A stretch of 64,000 nucleotides of DNA. Source: Dehalococcoidia bacterium. GTDB lineage: Bacteria; Chloroflexota; Dehalococcoidia; GIF9; AB-539-J10. The stretch covers positions 1-64,000 of the forward strand of contig JAUWOR010000005.1 in assembly GCA_030612025.1 (NCBI GenBank). Direction: 5' to 3'. The notes beneath the pieces were generated by a model. It had not been told where the DNA came from. It made no database searches and was given only the letters and a program-made list of their open reading frames with translations. The position numbers were made by a program, and so were the translations under genes. Shown here one piece after another: positions 29,250 through 39,562 of the stretch. Positions within the stretch are counted from its first letter, which is position 1. Each line of letters starts with the position of its first letter.

Positions 29250-30299
29250 TTATCCCCAACCTAGAGCTTTCTCAACCGCAGCTAAGTCGGCCGGGAGCTC
29301 CATTGGAGGTTTAGCATATTTAGCTGGCACGCCAGGGTCTTTCAGCCCTGTTCCAGTAATAATGCAAACCACTCTTTTGCCGGAAAAGTCTTGTTTTTGT
29401 GATAGCTTAATAAGTCCAGCTAAAGAGGCAGCTGAGGCTGGCTCGCCAAAGATGCCCTCCCTAGTTGCTGCCAATCGGTAGGCATGCATAATTTCATCAT
29501 CAGTGACGCAATCGATGATGCCCCTCGACTCGTCTCTGGCTGCCACTGCCTTGTGCCAGCTAGCAGGGTTGCCAATGCGAATGGCGGTAGCAATTGTCTT
29601 GGGCCGCTTGACAACTTCCCCCTGTACTATAGGAGCTGCTCCAGCAGCCTGGAAACCCATCATCTTGGGAGTATGGCTTGCTTTGCCAATCCGGTTATAC
29701 TCCACAAACCCCTTCCAGTAGGCAGTAATGTTACCAGCGTTGCCTACAGGTATAAAGAGATAATCGGGAGCATCGCCCAGGTCATCCACAATTTCAAAGG
29801 CAGCTGTCTTTTGCCCTTCAATCCGATGGGGATTTATTGAGTTAACTAAGGTGACTGGGTATTTTTCACTTAAAGTGCGGACTATTTGAAGTGCTTGGTC
29901 GAAATTACCCCTTATGCCTATAATCTGGGCACCATAAGCTATAGCTTGAGCTAGTTTTCCCAGAGCTATTTTCCCCTTAGGGATGATGACAATAGCTCTC
30001 AGCCCAAATTTAGCTCCATAAGCGGCCGCTGAGGCACTGGTATTACCGGTGGAAGCACAGATGATACTGGAGCTACCTTTTTCTACTGCCTTAGCCACCG
30101 CTACCACCATACCACGGTCTTTAAAGGAGCCTGTGGGGTTGCAACTTTCAAGCTTAAAATAAAGTTCAGCACAATTAAGCTCTTTCTCCAGTGTTTGTGA
30201 CCTTACTAAAGGTGTATCACCTTCACCAAGTGTAATCAGAGGGGTTGCTGGAGTAACCGGGAGGAGGTCACGATATCTATTTAGAACGCCTTGCTTCAT
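29250..30299 (-). CDS. thrC: Threonine synthase
   Basis: NPTGSFKDRG, ASTGNTS, PVGNAGN, TGTGLKD. Confidence 0.96.
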   Translation of the reverse strand: MKQGVLNRYRDLLPVTPATPLITLGEGDTPLVRSQTLEKELNCAELYFKLESCNPTGSFKDRGMVVAVAKAVEKGSSSIICASTGNTSASAAAYGAKFGLRAIVIIPKGKIALGKLAQAIAYGAQIIGIRGNFDQALQIVRTLSEKYPVTLVNSINPHRIEGQKTAAFEIVDDLGDAPDYLFIPVGNAGNITAYWKGFVEYNRIGKASHTPKMMGFQAAGAAPIVQGEVVKRPKTIATAIRIGNPASWHKAVAARDESRGIIDCVTDDEIMHAYRLAATREGIFGEPASAASLAGLIKLSQKQDFSGKRVVCIITGTGLKDPGVPAKYAKPPMELPADLAAVEKALGWG

Positions 30300-31588
30300 C
30301 CTTCAACCCTGATGAAATTGCTGATTTCTTTCACCATTGTCAGCCGTCTTATTTTCCCTAGAGCCTCTTGTACTGCCTTCTCCTTTGCTGGATGAGTCAT
30401 AATGACAATCACAGCAGTTTGAGATATTGGGTTGCTCTCCTTTTGAATCACGGATGAGATGCTGATGGAATTGTCACCCAAAACTTTTGAGATTTGAGCT
30501 AAAACGCCAGGACGGTCAGCCACATTCAGCCTGAAATAATAGCGTGTCTTTATATTGGTCATAGGCTTAACAAGTAGTTTCTGGTTTAACTCTACTTTGG
30601 GAACATTGGTTACTCCGTGGCAAATGTTCCTGGCTATAGTTAACACATCTGCTATAATGGCGCTAGAAGCTGGCAAAGCTCCTGCTCCTTGTCCATAAAA
30701 GACCAACTTGCCAGCTAAGTCACCTTCCACTTGAATGGCATTATAAACGCCGTTAACCTTGGCTAATTGAGAATCCTCGGGAATGAAAACAGGGTGGACA
30801 CGCAACTCAATAGCTTCGTCCACTCGCTTGGCAATAGCCAGAAGCTTGATAGCATAACCAAATTCTTTGGCATACCTGAAATCGCTGACCTGAAGACGAG
30901 AAACCCCCTCGCAATATATATCTTGGGGCTTTACCGCGGTGTGGAAGGCTAAACTGGACAAAATAGCTAATTTATAAGCAGCATCTATGCCTTCAATATC
31001 ATTAGCCGGATTGGCTTCAGCATAACCTAGTTCCTGAGCTTGCTTTAAAGCTAAAGAGAAATCCAATCCTTCTTGTGACATCCGGGTCAGAATATAGTTG
31101 GTAGTGCCGTTAAGGATGGCATAGATGGCTGAGATGTCATTAGCGGCCAAATCTTGCTGGAAAGGGGAGATAAGTGGTATGCCGCTACCCACGCTTGCCT
31201 CATAGCGAAGAGCAACATTGTATTTCTGAGCTAAGGATAATAGCTCATATCCATACTTGGCTATTACTTCCTTGTTGGCAGTAACCACATGCTTACCGTT
31301 AGTGATAGCTTGTTTTATATATTCAAAGGCAGGATGCTCTCCCCCAATAACCTCGATCACTATATCCACTTTGGGGTCAGTGATGATTTCGTCAATATGA
31401 TTAGCGAGCATGCGAGGTTTAAGCTTTAGTGCACGCGGTTTAGTTATGTCGCGCTCCAGCACTTTTTGCAAAACTAGTGAAGCCCCTGCTTGTTCTGCTA
31501 GGCTGCTAGTTTTGTCGCGTAGAACCCTGGCTACACCACTGCCTACAGTACCTAGCCCCAATAAACCGATGCCAATATCCTTCATCAT
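30296..31588 (-). CDS. hom: Homoserine dehydrogenase with ACT domain
   Basis: GLGTVG, VVTANK, LNGTTNYIL, DRPGVL. Confidence 0.96.
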   Translation of the reverse strand: MMKDIGIGLLGLGTVGSGVARVLRDKTSSLAEQAGASLVLQKVLERDITKPRALKLKPRMLANHIDEIITDPKVDIVIEVIGGEHPAFEYIKQAITNGKHVVTANKEVIAKYGYELLSLAQKYNVALRYEASVGSGIPLISPFQQDLAANDISAIYAILNGTTNYILTRMSQEGLDFSLALKQAQELGYAEANPANDIEGIDAAYKLAILSSLAFHTAVKPQDIYCEGVSRLQVSDFRYAKEFGYAIKLLAIAKRVDEAIELRVHPVFIPEDSQLAKVNGVYNAIQVEGDLAGKLVFYGQGAGALPASSAIIADVLTIARNICHGVTNVPKVELNQKLLVKPMTNIKTRYYFRLNVADRPGVLAQISKVLGDNSISISSVIQKESNPISQTAVIVIMTHPAKEKAVQEALGKIRRLTMVKEISNFIRVEG

Positions 31589-31592
31589 AGTG

Positions 31593-32819
31593 CTATCTCC
31601 CTTTCAAAACTCTGTCCACAGCCCAGGCTCTCTTTTCTTCGTCGAGATAATTGTTAATGGTGCTATTTTCCCTTTGCTCCTGAAGCCACTGAGTAAAGTT
31701 GTTGCTTGTGAGCCTCTCCTTAATCTCCTCACTGAGCTTGTGCTCACCTTTCTGCAGAACCTTAGTTATCCAACAACCACCCTTAGTTTGAACTGCTTCA
31801 TCCTTAACCGGCTCACTCACCCTGTTGAGGGACAGGTTAAACGCAATCTCATCGAAAGCCTCGCTGTTCATATCCCCTTGTTTTAACCAGCCAAGCTCAC
31901 CCCCATCATCTTTGCTACCATGCTGGGAATATTCTTTTGCCAACACGGCAAAGTCTTCATCTTTATCAAGCTTGCTCTTAATTTCCAGCGCTTCCTGTTC
32001 ATTACCCAGTAGTATGGCTCTGGCTTTTATCCCCCCATCTTCATTCTTATCAGTAATCTCTATAAGCCAATAACCGATGTTTTTGGTTGCTGACTCATCA
32101 TAAATCTTGCTTGTCTCTCCAGGCTCAAGGCTGAAAGCAACCTCTCCAATAAGGGATTCGGGCATTAATTCTCGGGGCAGCCAGCCTAAATCACCCTCGA
32201 TTTGGGGATTGCAGGAGAACTCATCAACCAAGGCAGTGAAATTCCCGCTGCTTTCGATTTTAGCCATTACCACATCGGCCATTTCTTGACTCTCCACAAG
32301 CATCACTTGAACATGTGCCTGCTCCATTGTATCAGGTAACTCAGAGTCAAAATATTCTTGAAGTTTTTCCCCTAATAAGCCAACGGCTACTATATCACAA
32401 TATATTCTATCCTTGGGCAATTCATTCTCCTCAATTTCCTTATCTATCTCCTTGTCTGTAACCTCGATTCCCAAGCTATTGGCTCCTTGCCTAATCAGCT
32501 CATCTTGCACAATTTGATTGGTAATAATGTCGGGCATATAGTAAAGTCGAGACGGTTCCATACCCTTGGTATAGGCGTCGAACGTCTTTACATAACAATC
32601 CATATTAAACGAGGTATCATTTACCTCAATTACAATCTCGTGAAAAGGCTTAATTTCACTATTATAGTATCCATAGCCCACATAACCCAAAATGCCAGCT
32701 AGAAAAATAGCGACGGCGATTATTATAATATGGCGCATCCTCGCCTGGCGTTGCCATTTGGAGAGCTGACGTTTGGTAGGGACTTGCTTGGGTTTATTTT
32801 CCTTTTGCTTCTTAGCCAA
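31593..32819 (-). CDS. Membrane-anchored parvulin-type PPIase/foldase (PrsA/SurA-like)
   Basis: TM anchor and two parvulin domains (GDLGW; FAVLAKEYS...GGELGW). Confidence 0.85.
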   Translation of the reverse strand: MAKKQKENKPKQVPTKRQLSKWQRQARMRHIIIIAVAIFLAGILGYVGYGYYNSEIKPFHEIVIEVNDTSFNMDCYVKTFDAYTKGMEPSRLYYMPDIITNQIVQDELIRQGANSLGIEVTDKEIDKEIEENELPKDRIYCDIVAVGLLGEKLQEYFDSELPDTMEQAHVQVMLVESQEMADVVMAKIESSGNFTALVDEFSCNPQIEGDLGWLPRELMPESLIGEVAFSLEPGETSKIYDESATKNIGYWLIEITDKNEDGGIKARAILLGNEQEALEIKSKLDKDEDFAVLAKEYSQHGSKDDGGELGWLKQGDMNSEAFDEIAFNLSLNRVSEPVKDEAVQTKGGCWITKVLQKGEHKLSEEIKERLTSNNFTQWLQEQRENSTINNYLDEEKRAWAVDRVLKGR

Positions 32820-32835
32820 GGCTATGAATCCTGTA

Positions 32836-32898
32836 TGTCATTCCGAGCCCTATGGGCGAAGAATCTCTTGTATGGACTCCTCGCTTCGCTCAGAGTAA
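32836..32898. repeat. Family A inverted pair, degenerate
   Basis: TGTCATTCCGAG..GCGAAGAATCTC ... GGACTCCTCGCTTCGCTCAGAGTAA. Confidence 0.75.
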
Positions 32899-32966
32899 AA
32901 TTTCTCAGTTAGTAATTGTTGCCCTAGTAGCTCTATTATGATAGCATATGAGGAAAGGTTAAGCGA

Positions 32967-33040
32967 CGGGGTGTAGCGCAGTCTGGTAGCGCACCTGAAT
33001 GGGGTTCAGGTGGTCGGAGGTTCAAATCCTCTCACCCCGA
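32967..33040 (+). tRNA. tRNA-Pro(GGG), CCA not encoded
   Basis: CGGGGTG/CACCCCG acceptor stem, CCTGA-ATGGGGT-TCAGG anticodon arm, GGTTCAAATCC T arm. Confidence 0.96.
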
Positions 33041-33260
33041 TATAGAAATTTTTCGACAGGATTTTCGAACAAAGATTTACTAACTCGATTCGCACGAGGT
33101 ATCGAGTCCAAGCTGGATAAGTTTTACCAAACTTATGAGGAGAAAAGGAGCCCCCAACAAGTTGATCCTCTTAGAAAGTTATTACCTCATACGGCTAAGG
33201 CTATTTATGATGCCACAACCTGAAGTTGGGTTACCTACTTAAATGATTTGCCACGGATGG

Positions 33261-33289
33261 TTGACAGCCTTTGGGAGAGGTAGTAGCCT
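33261..33289 (+). promoter_or_regulatory. Putative sigma70 promoter of the etf operon
   Basis: TTGACA-17 nt-TAGCCT. Confidence 0.45.
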
Positions 33290-33388
33290 ATGGCGAATAT
33301 GGTAGCTTATGGCTGTCACAGAGTTCCTGGGCTGGAATAGTCCGGAGCCCCGGGGAAGTGTTAGCTTTTTGACATGCTACTAAGTTTG

Positions 33389-33565
33389 AGGGTGTTTGAA
33401 AATGCAGTGCGGGGCTTTAGCCCTGTGTAGTAGCGAAGATTACTACACGGGGTAGCCTCGTGCACGACCCTAAAGGGTCGCACTACGAGAATCTTGGGGG
33501 TGAATGGGTATTAAAACTGGATGAGGCAAATCTAGTTTTGAATCTGAGGCAAAATTAAACAACCT
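33389..33565. mobile_element. MITE-like element with imperfect TIRs enclosing GTAG-type REP palindromes
   Basis: AGGGTGTTTGA...TTAAACAACCT ends; shares TTGGGGGTGAA and CAAAATTAAACA with 42420-42551. Confidence 0.6.
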
Positions 33566-33587
33566 AAAAATTTTATTTGGAGGTGAT

Positions 33588-34394
33588 ATGCTGAAAATCG
33601 TAGTGCCTATTAAACAAGTACCTGATATTGGGCGAGTGAAGTTTGATACTGAGAAAGGTAGGGTAGATAGAACCTCGGCGCCAGCGGAAATCAATCCCTT
33701 TGACTTAAATGCTTTAGAAGCGGCGGTTCAAATCAAGGATAAACTAGGTGGCACGATTACCACCATAAGTATGGGGCCTCCGCAAGCAGAATCAGCGCTG
33801 AAGGACGCCTTATCCCGAGGAGCGGATGAGGCTGTTTTGCTGGTGGATAGGGAATTTGCTGGTGCTGATACCTTGGCTACCTCATACACGCTTGCCAGCG
33901 CCATTAGAAAACTAGGCGGATTCGACTTGATTATATGCGGAGAGAAGACCGTTGATGGAGATACAGGTCAAGTTGGGCCTGAGATTGCTGAGCACCTAGG
34001 CATACCACATGTGGCTTATGTATCAAAGGTGGAAGAGGTTGGGGAAAAGATAACAGTTGTCTGTGATATGGAAGGTGACCGTTACTTAATAGAGTCGGGT
34101 TTTCCTATGCTAATCACAGTAAGTAAAGATATCAATACGCCACGACTACCAACCTTCAGTGATAAATTAAAAGCAAGAAAAGCAAAAGTTGAAATATGGA
34201 CTGCTGCTGACCTTTCTTCTATTGCTGACCAGGCAAGATTTGGGTCGCAGGGTTCAGCAACAGCAGTTCGCAAGGTCGTAGTGCCAAGCGAAGAGGCTAG
34301 AAAAGGAAAGATTTTCCGAGGTATTGTGGATGAAGAGGTAGGGGGAATTATAGATGCCCTGGAGGAAGGACGAATACTGGAGGGTATAAAATGA
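33588..34394 (+). CDS. etfB: Electron transfer flavoprotein beta subunit (bifurcating type)
   Basis: IKQVPD, NPFD, SMGP, GADTLAT, DGDTGQVGP. Confidence 0.95.
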   Translation: MLKIVVPIKQVPDIGRVKFDTEKGRVDRTSAPAEINPFDLNALEAAVQIKDKLGGTITTISMGPPQAESALKDALSRGADEAVLLVDREFAGADTLATSYTLASAIRKLGGFDLIICGEKTVDGDTGQVGPEIAEHLGIPHVAYVSKVEEVGEKITVVCDMEGDRYLIESGFPMLITVSKDINTPRLPTFSDKLKARKAKVEIWTAADLSSIADQARFGSQGSATAVRKVVVPSEEARKGKIFRGIVDEEVGGIIDALEEGRILEGIK

Positions 34395-35374
34395 AGGAAT
34401 ATAAAGGCTTAATGGTTTTTGCTGAGCAAAGGGAGGGTAGAATTCACCCAATTTCATATGAATTGCTGGGTAAGGGGAAGGAGATAGCGGACAGGCTTGG
34501 TGTGGAACTTTCTAGCGTTTTATTAGGCCACCAAATGGAGGAAGAGGCCAAGGAGCTCATTTATTATGGGGCAGACAAGGTATTTTTGTATGACCATCCA
34601 GCTTTTAAGGATTTTGATTTATTAAATTACAAGCACAATATCGCGAGATTAGTAAGGGAAGTTAAACCTGAGATTTTCCTTTTTGGGGCGACCCGTCTGG
34701 GAAGGTCATTGGGGCCCAGAGTAGCTGTGGCATTAGACACGGGATTGACAGCAGATTGCACTGGCTTAGACTTGGATGAAGATGGTAATTTAATCCAGAT
34801 TCGTCCGGCGTTTACCGGCAATATCCTGGCCCATATAAAAACGGCGACAAGACCACAAATGTCAACCATTAGATACAAGGTGATGCAGAAGAAGGTTCGA
34901 GATGCGAATAGAAGGGGGGAAATAATAAAGAAAGATGCTGAGCTCGTGCCCTCGCTGCTAACAATTAAAAAGAAAGAGAAGTTGGGTGGAGTCAACATAG
35001 CGGAGGCCGATGTGATTGTTTCCGGTGGTAGGGGATTAAAGAAGGCAGAAGATTTCGGCATTTTAGCCGCTTTAGCAGAGCTTTTGGGGGGGGTAGTCGG
35101 GTCCAGCAGGCCGCTGGTGGATGATGGGTGGATAGGTAAAGAGCACCAAGTTGGCTTTAGTGGTAATACGGTTAAGCCGAAACTCTATGTTGCCTGTGGT
35201 ATCTCGGGGAGTCCTCAGCATTTGGCAGGCATGAGGGATTCGGATGTTATTATCGCCATAAACAGTGACCCGTCGGCACCGATATTTAAACTGGCCGATT
35301 ATGGAATTGTGGGAGACCTGTATGAAGTGGTGCCGAGGTTAACAAACGAAATTAAAGGGAGGCGTGCAGGATGA
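34391..35374 (+). CDS. etfA: Electron transfer flavoprotein alpha subunit
   Basis: GLTADCT, RPAF, SGGRG, QVG, GISGSPQH. Confidence 0.95.
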   Translation: MKEYKGLMVFAEQREGRIHPISYELLGKGKEIADRLGVELSSVLLGHQMEEEAKELIYYGADKVFLYDHPAFKDFDLLNYKHNIARLVREVKPEIFLFGATRLGRSLGPRVAVALDTGLTADCTGLDLDEDGNLIQIRPAFTGNILAHIKTATRPQMSTIRYKVMQKKVRDANRRGEIIKKDAELVPSLLTIKKKEKLGGVNIAEADVIVSGGRGLKKAEDFGILAALAELLGGVVGSSRPLVDDGWIGKEHQVGFSGNTVKPKLYVACGISGSPQHLAGMRDSDVIIAINSDPSAPIFKLADYGIVGDLYEVVPRLTNEIKGRRAG

Positions 35375-36738
35375 ATGTGGAAAAACTACAGGATATTGTA
35401 GGTCAGGACTGGGTTATAACCAAGCGAGAGCAAATGGAGAGCTATCTAGTAGATGAAACGGCTCTAGCGGTAAGACCTAAGCCGGCTGATAATGTTGTTG
35501 TGGTAAAGCCGGCCAATAGCAAGGAAATATCAGAGATTTTAAAACTGGCCAATAGAGAGAAAACCCCTGTTTTCATTAGAGGTGGAGGGACAGGATTATG
35601 TGGGGGTGCTATGCCTACTGTGGATGGCATAGTTCTTTCTATGGAAAGGCTGGACAAGGTTGAGGAAGTAGACAAAGATAACTTAATGATAGTTGTTGAG
35701 GGTGGTGTTACGCTGGAAACAATGTTAAAAGCAGTAGAAGATGCTGGTCTGTTTTTCCCACCACATCCTGGAGATGAGGGGGCCTATATTGGAGGTCTGG
35801 TTGCCTGCAATGCTGGTGGCGCCAGGGCGGTAAAATATGGTGTCATAAGAAACTATGTCAAAGGCATGGAGGTTGTGCTTCCTACTGGAGAGATAATGAA
35901 TGTGGGAGGAAAGCTAATCAAGAATAACCAAGGGCTTGATTTGCTCCATTTGCTAATACACAGCGAAGGAATTTTAGGGGTGATAACCAAGGTAATTTTC
36001 CGCTTATATCCTAGGGTCGCTAGTAGCGGTACCATGGTCATATCATATGATACTCGACACGACGCCATGGATAGCGTTCCCAAGATATTGCGCAGCGGTG
36101 TAATACCCTTAGCGGTAGAATATGTAGACCGCGATGTAATTGAAATGTCAGCCGAGTATCTCGGTATGAAGTGGCCAGCTACAAAGGGAAGCGCTCATGT
36201 GATCGTAATTGTGACCGGTGCGAATGAGGATGAGGTATATTTGCAAGCGGAGCGGGTATCTGATATCTGCCAGAAATCTAATGCCATCGATATTTTAATT
36301 GCGGAGAGGAGAGATGAGCAGGCTAATATTCTAAAGATGAGAAGTGAGATATATTCAGCCATAAAGGACAAATCGGCCGATATTTTGGATGTAACAGTAC
36401 CACCAGCCAGTGTGGGACTCATTATGGATAAGTGTGATGAAATCGCAAAGCGATATAATACCACTATTCCCTTTTATGGGCATATTGGAGATGGCAATTT
36501 CCATCCCCACCTGATGAATGACCTACGAGATAGGGGGATAGTGAGAGAAGTGAAGAGGGAGGTATATAAGGAGGCCATCAAGTTAGGTGGAGTTATAACC
36601 GGCGAGCATGGTGTCGGTGTAGTCAGGGTTCCGGAACTTGATCTGTGCCCAGACGGCAAGATGTGGGAGTTGATGAGAGGAATTAAAAGCGTCTTTGACC
36701 CCAACAATATATTGAATCCGGGGGTTGGCATATTATAA
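35371..36738 (+). CDS. FAD-dependent D-2-hydroxyacid dehydrogenase (LctD/GlcD family)
   Basis: RGGGTGLCGG, NAGG, HIGDGNFH, GEHGVG, FDPNNILNPG. Confidence 0.93.
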   Translation: MNVEKLQDIVGQDWVITKREQMESYLVDETALAVRPKPADNVVVVKPANSKEISEILKLANREKTPVFIRGGGTGLCGGAMPTVDGIVLSMERLDKVEEVDKDNLMIVVEGGVTLETMLKAVEDAGLFFPPHPGDEGAYIGGLVACNAGGARAVKYGVIRNYVKGMEVVLPTGEIMNVGGKLIKNNQGLDLLHLLIHSEGILGVITKVIFRLYPRVASSGTMVISYDTRHDAMDSVPKILRSGVIPLAVEYVDRDVIEMSAEYLGMKWPATKGSAHVIVIVTGANEDEVYLQAERVSDICQKSNAIDILIAERRDEQANILKMRSEIYSAIKDKSADILDVTVPPASVGLIMDKCDEIAKRYNTTIPFYGHIGDGNFHPHLMNDLRDRGIVREVKREVYKEAIKLGGVITGEHGVGVVRVPELDLCPDGKMWELMRGIKSVFDPNNILNPGVGIL

Positions 36739-38018
36739 TGAGCACCGAAGAAATTGAGTTTCCCTATGGCGATTCTTCTATAAAAGCTAGAATACCCACT
36801 AAGAACATAACTTGTATTTTAAGCTCAAAGTATGTAAAAGGGCTTGAAAATGAGAGGGAGGCTATCACCAATAGCCTGAGGTCTCCGATAGGATGTTCAC
36901 CCCTTCGAGATTGTGTTACTAAAAATGATAAAGTTGTAGTTCTGGTTACGGATAATACCAGGCCATGTCCCGACGATAGGCTGCTTCCTCCAATATTGGC
37001 TGAGTTAGAAGAAAAAGTGCCTCGGGAGAACATAACCATAATAATTGCTCTCGGTTTGCACCCGCTTTTAAACAAAGATGAGCTAGTCAAATTGCTCGGC
37101 CGGGATATAGTTGAGAACTACAACGTGGTAAATCATGACGTTAACCAAACTGTATATATCGGCACGACATCCCGGGGTACTCCGGTTGACATAAATACCA
37201 AGGTGATGGAGGCGGATTTCCGAATCAGCACTGGGTATATTGAGCCTCACTTTTTCGCTGGTTTCTCTGGCGGTAGGAAAAGTATAGCCCCTGGTGTATT
37301 CAGCGTCAGGTCAGCTTATAAGAACCACAGTTATAAAATGATAGAGCATCCGCGTACTAGAGCTGGGATTCTCAAGGGAAATCAACTCCACGAAGACTTG
37401 ATGGAGCAGGCGAAAATGGCTAAACTAGATTTTATAGTTAACGTGCTTTTAAACTGGTCTATTCGCTACCGGGAGAGGCAAATTACGCATGTAGTAGCTG
37501 GGGATTTCGTAAAGGCTCATGAAAGGGGCTGTGAGCTAGAGAGGGCTATTGCCGAGGTAAAAGTTGACCATAAGGCAGACATAACCATTACCACAAACAC
37601 CGGAGCGCCACTGGACTTGGATTTGTATCAAAGTTGTAAGGGAATAGATACCGCCGCAGAGATAACCCGGGATGGAGGGATCGTAATAGTAGCTGCGTCT
37701 TGCTTCGCCGGAGTTGGGCCGGAAGCATTTAGGGAAGTGCATGCCTCTTGTAGCCGTCCTATAGAGGTTCTGCAGAAAGTAAGGCGCGAAGAGCCGCTAG
37801 GCGTTCAATGGGAAAATCAAGTATTAGCCCGCACCCAATTGAAGAATGATGTTTACCTGGTGTCAAATCTGGAAGATAGCGTGGTTAAAGATATGATGAT
37901 AACACCCATCCGCACGATAGAGGAAGGTTTAGAGAAAGCATTTAAAGTTCTGGGAAGCGATGTTGAGATTGCTGTGATTCCAGAAGGTCCATTAGTGATT
38001 CCTTTGCTGCAAGATTGA
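36738..38018 (+). CDS. larA: Nickel-pincer lactate racemase family protein
   Basis: DNTRP, GLH, EPHFFAGFSGGRKS, NH, YQSCKG. Confidence 0.92.
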   Translation: MSTEEIEFPYGDSSIKARIPTKNITCILSSKYVKGLENEREAITNSLRSPIGCSPLRDCVTKNDKVVVLVTDNTRPCPDDRLLPPILAELEEKVPRENITIIIALGLHPLLNKDELVKLLGRDIVENYNVVNHDVNQTVYIGTTSRGTPVDINTKVMEADFRISTGYIEPHFFAGFSGGRKSIAPGVFSVRSAYKNHSYKMIEHPRTRAGILKGNQLHEDLMEQAKMAKLDFIVNVLLNWSIRYRERQITHVVAGDFVKAHERGCELERAIAEVKVDHKADITITTNTGAPLDLDLYQSCKGIDTAAEITRDGGIVIVAASCFAGVGPEAFREVHASCSRPIEVLQKVRREEPLGVQWENQVLARTQLKNDVYLVSNLEDSVVKDMMITPIRTIEEGLEKAFKVLGSDVEIAVIPEGPLVIPLLQD

Positions 38019-38034
38019 AGTAAGCGCCGTTGCC

Positions 38035-38156
38035 TTGACATCGGGAACATAATCTGGTATAACATTTACGCTTTTTAGCTAAGCTAAAAAACTAACCTTT
38101 AAGTGCAACCGAAGAGCCCTTGCCCTCTTGACAGGGGAGCGGGGCAAGAATAACAT
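38035..38156 (+). promoter_or_regulatory. Tandem sigma70 promoters for the TRAP genes
   Basis: TTGACA-17-TATAAC (38035-38063) and TTGACA-17-TAACAT (38128-38156); palindrome TTTTTAGCT-A-AGCTAAAAA between them. Confidence 0.6.
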
Positions 38157-38281
38157 ATTATTTATCGCTTAAGAAGGAAGCCTTTTCCAGAAATGATAAG
38201 GCTAAAAAGGAGGTGGTTATATAAGGGTATAATGCTAGCATTAGGGGTGTTATCTGGAAAAATCTTATATGGGAGGGAAAA

Positions 38282-39439
38282 GTGAAAAAGAAAATATTGT
38301 TAGTTCCTTTGGCGTTTTTGTTAGCCATTAGCTTGGTTGCTGTAGCTTGTGCACCCGCGCCAACCCCGACCCCAACACCAACACCGACACCGGCACCGGA
38401 AAAAGAAGTTTACACGCTTAGGGTGCAGGAAGCCTATCCTGCCGGGATTGCGGGGTTCCGCATCTTCGAGAGGTGGGCAGCTGATATGAAGACGATAAGT
38501 GACGGGCAAATTGACATCAAGCCCTTTCCCGAAGGGGGGGTAGTAGCTACCTTTGATGCCTTTGATGCCGTCTCAACCGGTGTTCTTGACGGATTCATTA
38601 GTTGGCCCCAGTACTGGCCAGGTAAGCATGCTTTAGCTGTCTACATCTCTTCTTTCCCCTACGGTCTTGATATGGCGTATATGTGGGAAGTCTGGTTCTA
38701 CGAATGTGGTGGTATTGAGCTGGCTCAAGATGATTATGCGCGGTTCGGTATTCATTATGTTGCTCCGATACAGACTGGTCCAAATTATGCCCACTGCGTA
38801 TACGAGCTTGAGAAAATGGAAGACTGGGACGGGCTAAAGTGTCGATACCCCGGTGGTATGATTGCTGAAATTTATGCCAAAATGGGAGCTTCGGTAATCA
38901 TTCTGCCTGGCGGTGAGATTTACACTGCCATGGCCACGGGTGTTATCGAGCTGGGCGAGTATATCGGGCATGCCATGAACAAGGAGCTTGGTCTGAATGA
39001 GGTTGGCAAGTATATTATCGGCCCGGGAAAAATGCACCAGCCGGTAGACATACAAGCCTTTGTACTAAATAAGGATGTCTGGGATGGGATACCGGCACAC
39101 CTCCAGCGTTTACTTGAGGTTGGATCTAGGGAGCTGTCCTGGAGCTTGCATACCAATATCATCGGTTACGATCTCGTTGCCCTTGAGTGGATGGTGGAGG
39201 AATATGGCAATGTCTATGTAGAGATATCAGAGGAGGAGCGAGCCAGGATGAGGATGGTAGCTATCGAGCTGTGGCAGAAGTGGGCCACTGAGCCTAATGC
39301 CGTGGAGGCAATAGAATCACAAATCTTGCTTATGCGGGAGTTTGGGCTTCTGGAGTTCCCTGGAATTAGCGAGGAAGTAGAAAAATACTTCCCCGGCCTA
39401 CTTGCCGAACCGATAGCCGGTCACGTTGTGGAACGATAA
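38282..39439 (+). CDS. dctP: TRAP substrate-binding lipoprotein DctP with Pro/Thr linker
   Basis: Lipobox AVAC, PT linker, DAVSTGVLD, YWPG, GLKCRYPG, LPGGEIY. Confidence 0.92.
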   Translation: MKKKILLVPLAFLLAISLVAVACAPAPTPTPTPTPTPAPEKEVYTLRVQEAYPAGIAGFRIFERWAADMKTISDGQIDIKPFPEGGVVATFDAFDAVSTGVLDGFISWPQYWPGKHALAVYISSFPYGLDMAYMWEVWFYECGGIELAQDDYARFGIHYVAPIQTGPNYAHCVYELEKMEDWDGLKCRYPGGMIAEIYAKMGASVIILPGGEIYTAMATGVIELGEYIGHAMNKELGLNEVGKYIIGPGKMHQPVDIQAFVLNKDVWDGIPAHLQRLLEVGSRELSWSLHTNIIGYDLVALEWMVEEYGNVYVEISEEERARMRMVAIELWQKWATEPNAVEAIESQILLMREFGLLEFPGISEEVEKYFPGLLAEPIAGHVVER

Positions 39440-39478
39440 TGGTGTAAGCCTCTCGTCCTGACGGCGAGGGATAGACGG

Positions 39479-39526
39479 CTGAGAAGGTGGGGGAGAGGAA
39501 GGGTAGCCAATCCCCCACCTTCTCAG
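39479..39526. other. Perfect 16-bp hairpin after dctP (possible mRNA-stabilising element)
   Basis: CTGAGAAGGTGGGGGA / TCCCCCACCTTCTCAG, with no U-tract. Confidence 0.7.
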
Positions 39527-39562
39527 AAGCGTGCCACGAAGAAACACAAGATGGGGACAAAG

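Noticed and set aside
32999-33223. 74-aa ORF as an intact gene
   Set aside because: It starts inside tRNA-Pro and is kept only as a possible scar.
38351-38398. Tandem repeat in dctP as a contingency locus
   Set aside because: It is an ordinary Pro/Thr lipoprotein linker with varied codons.
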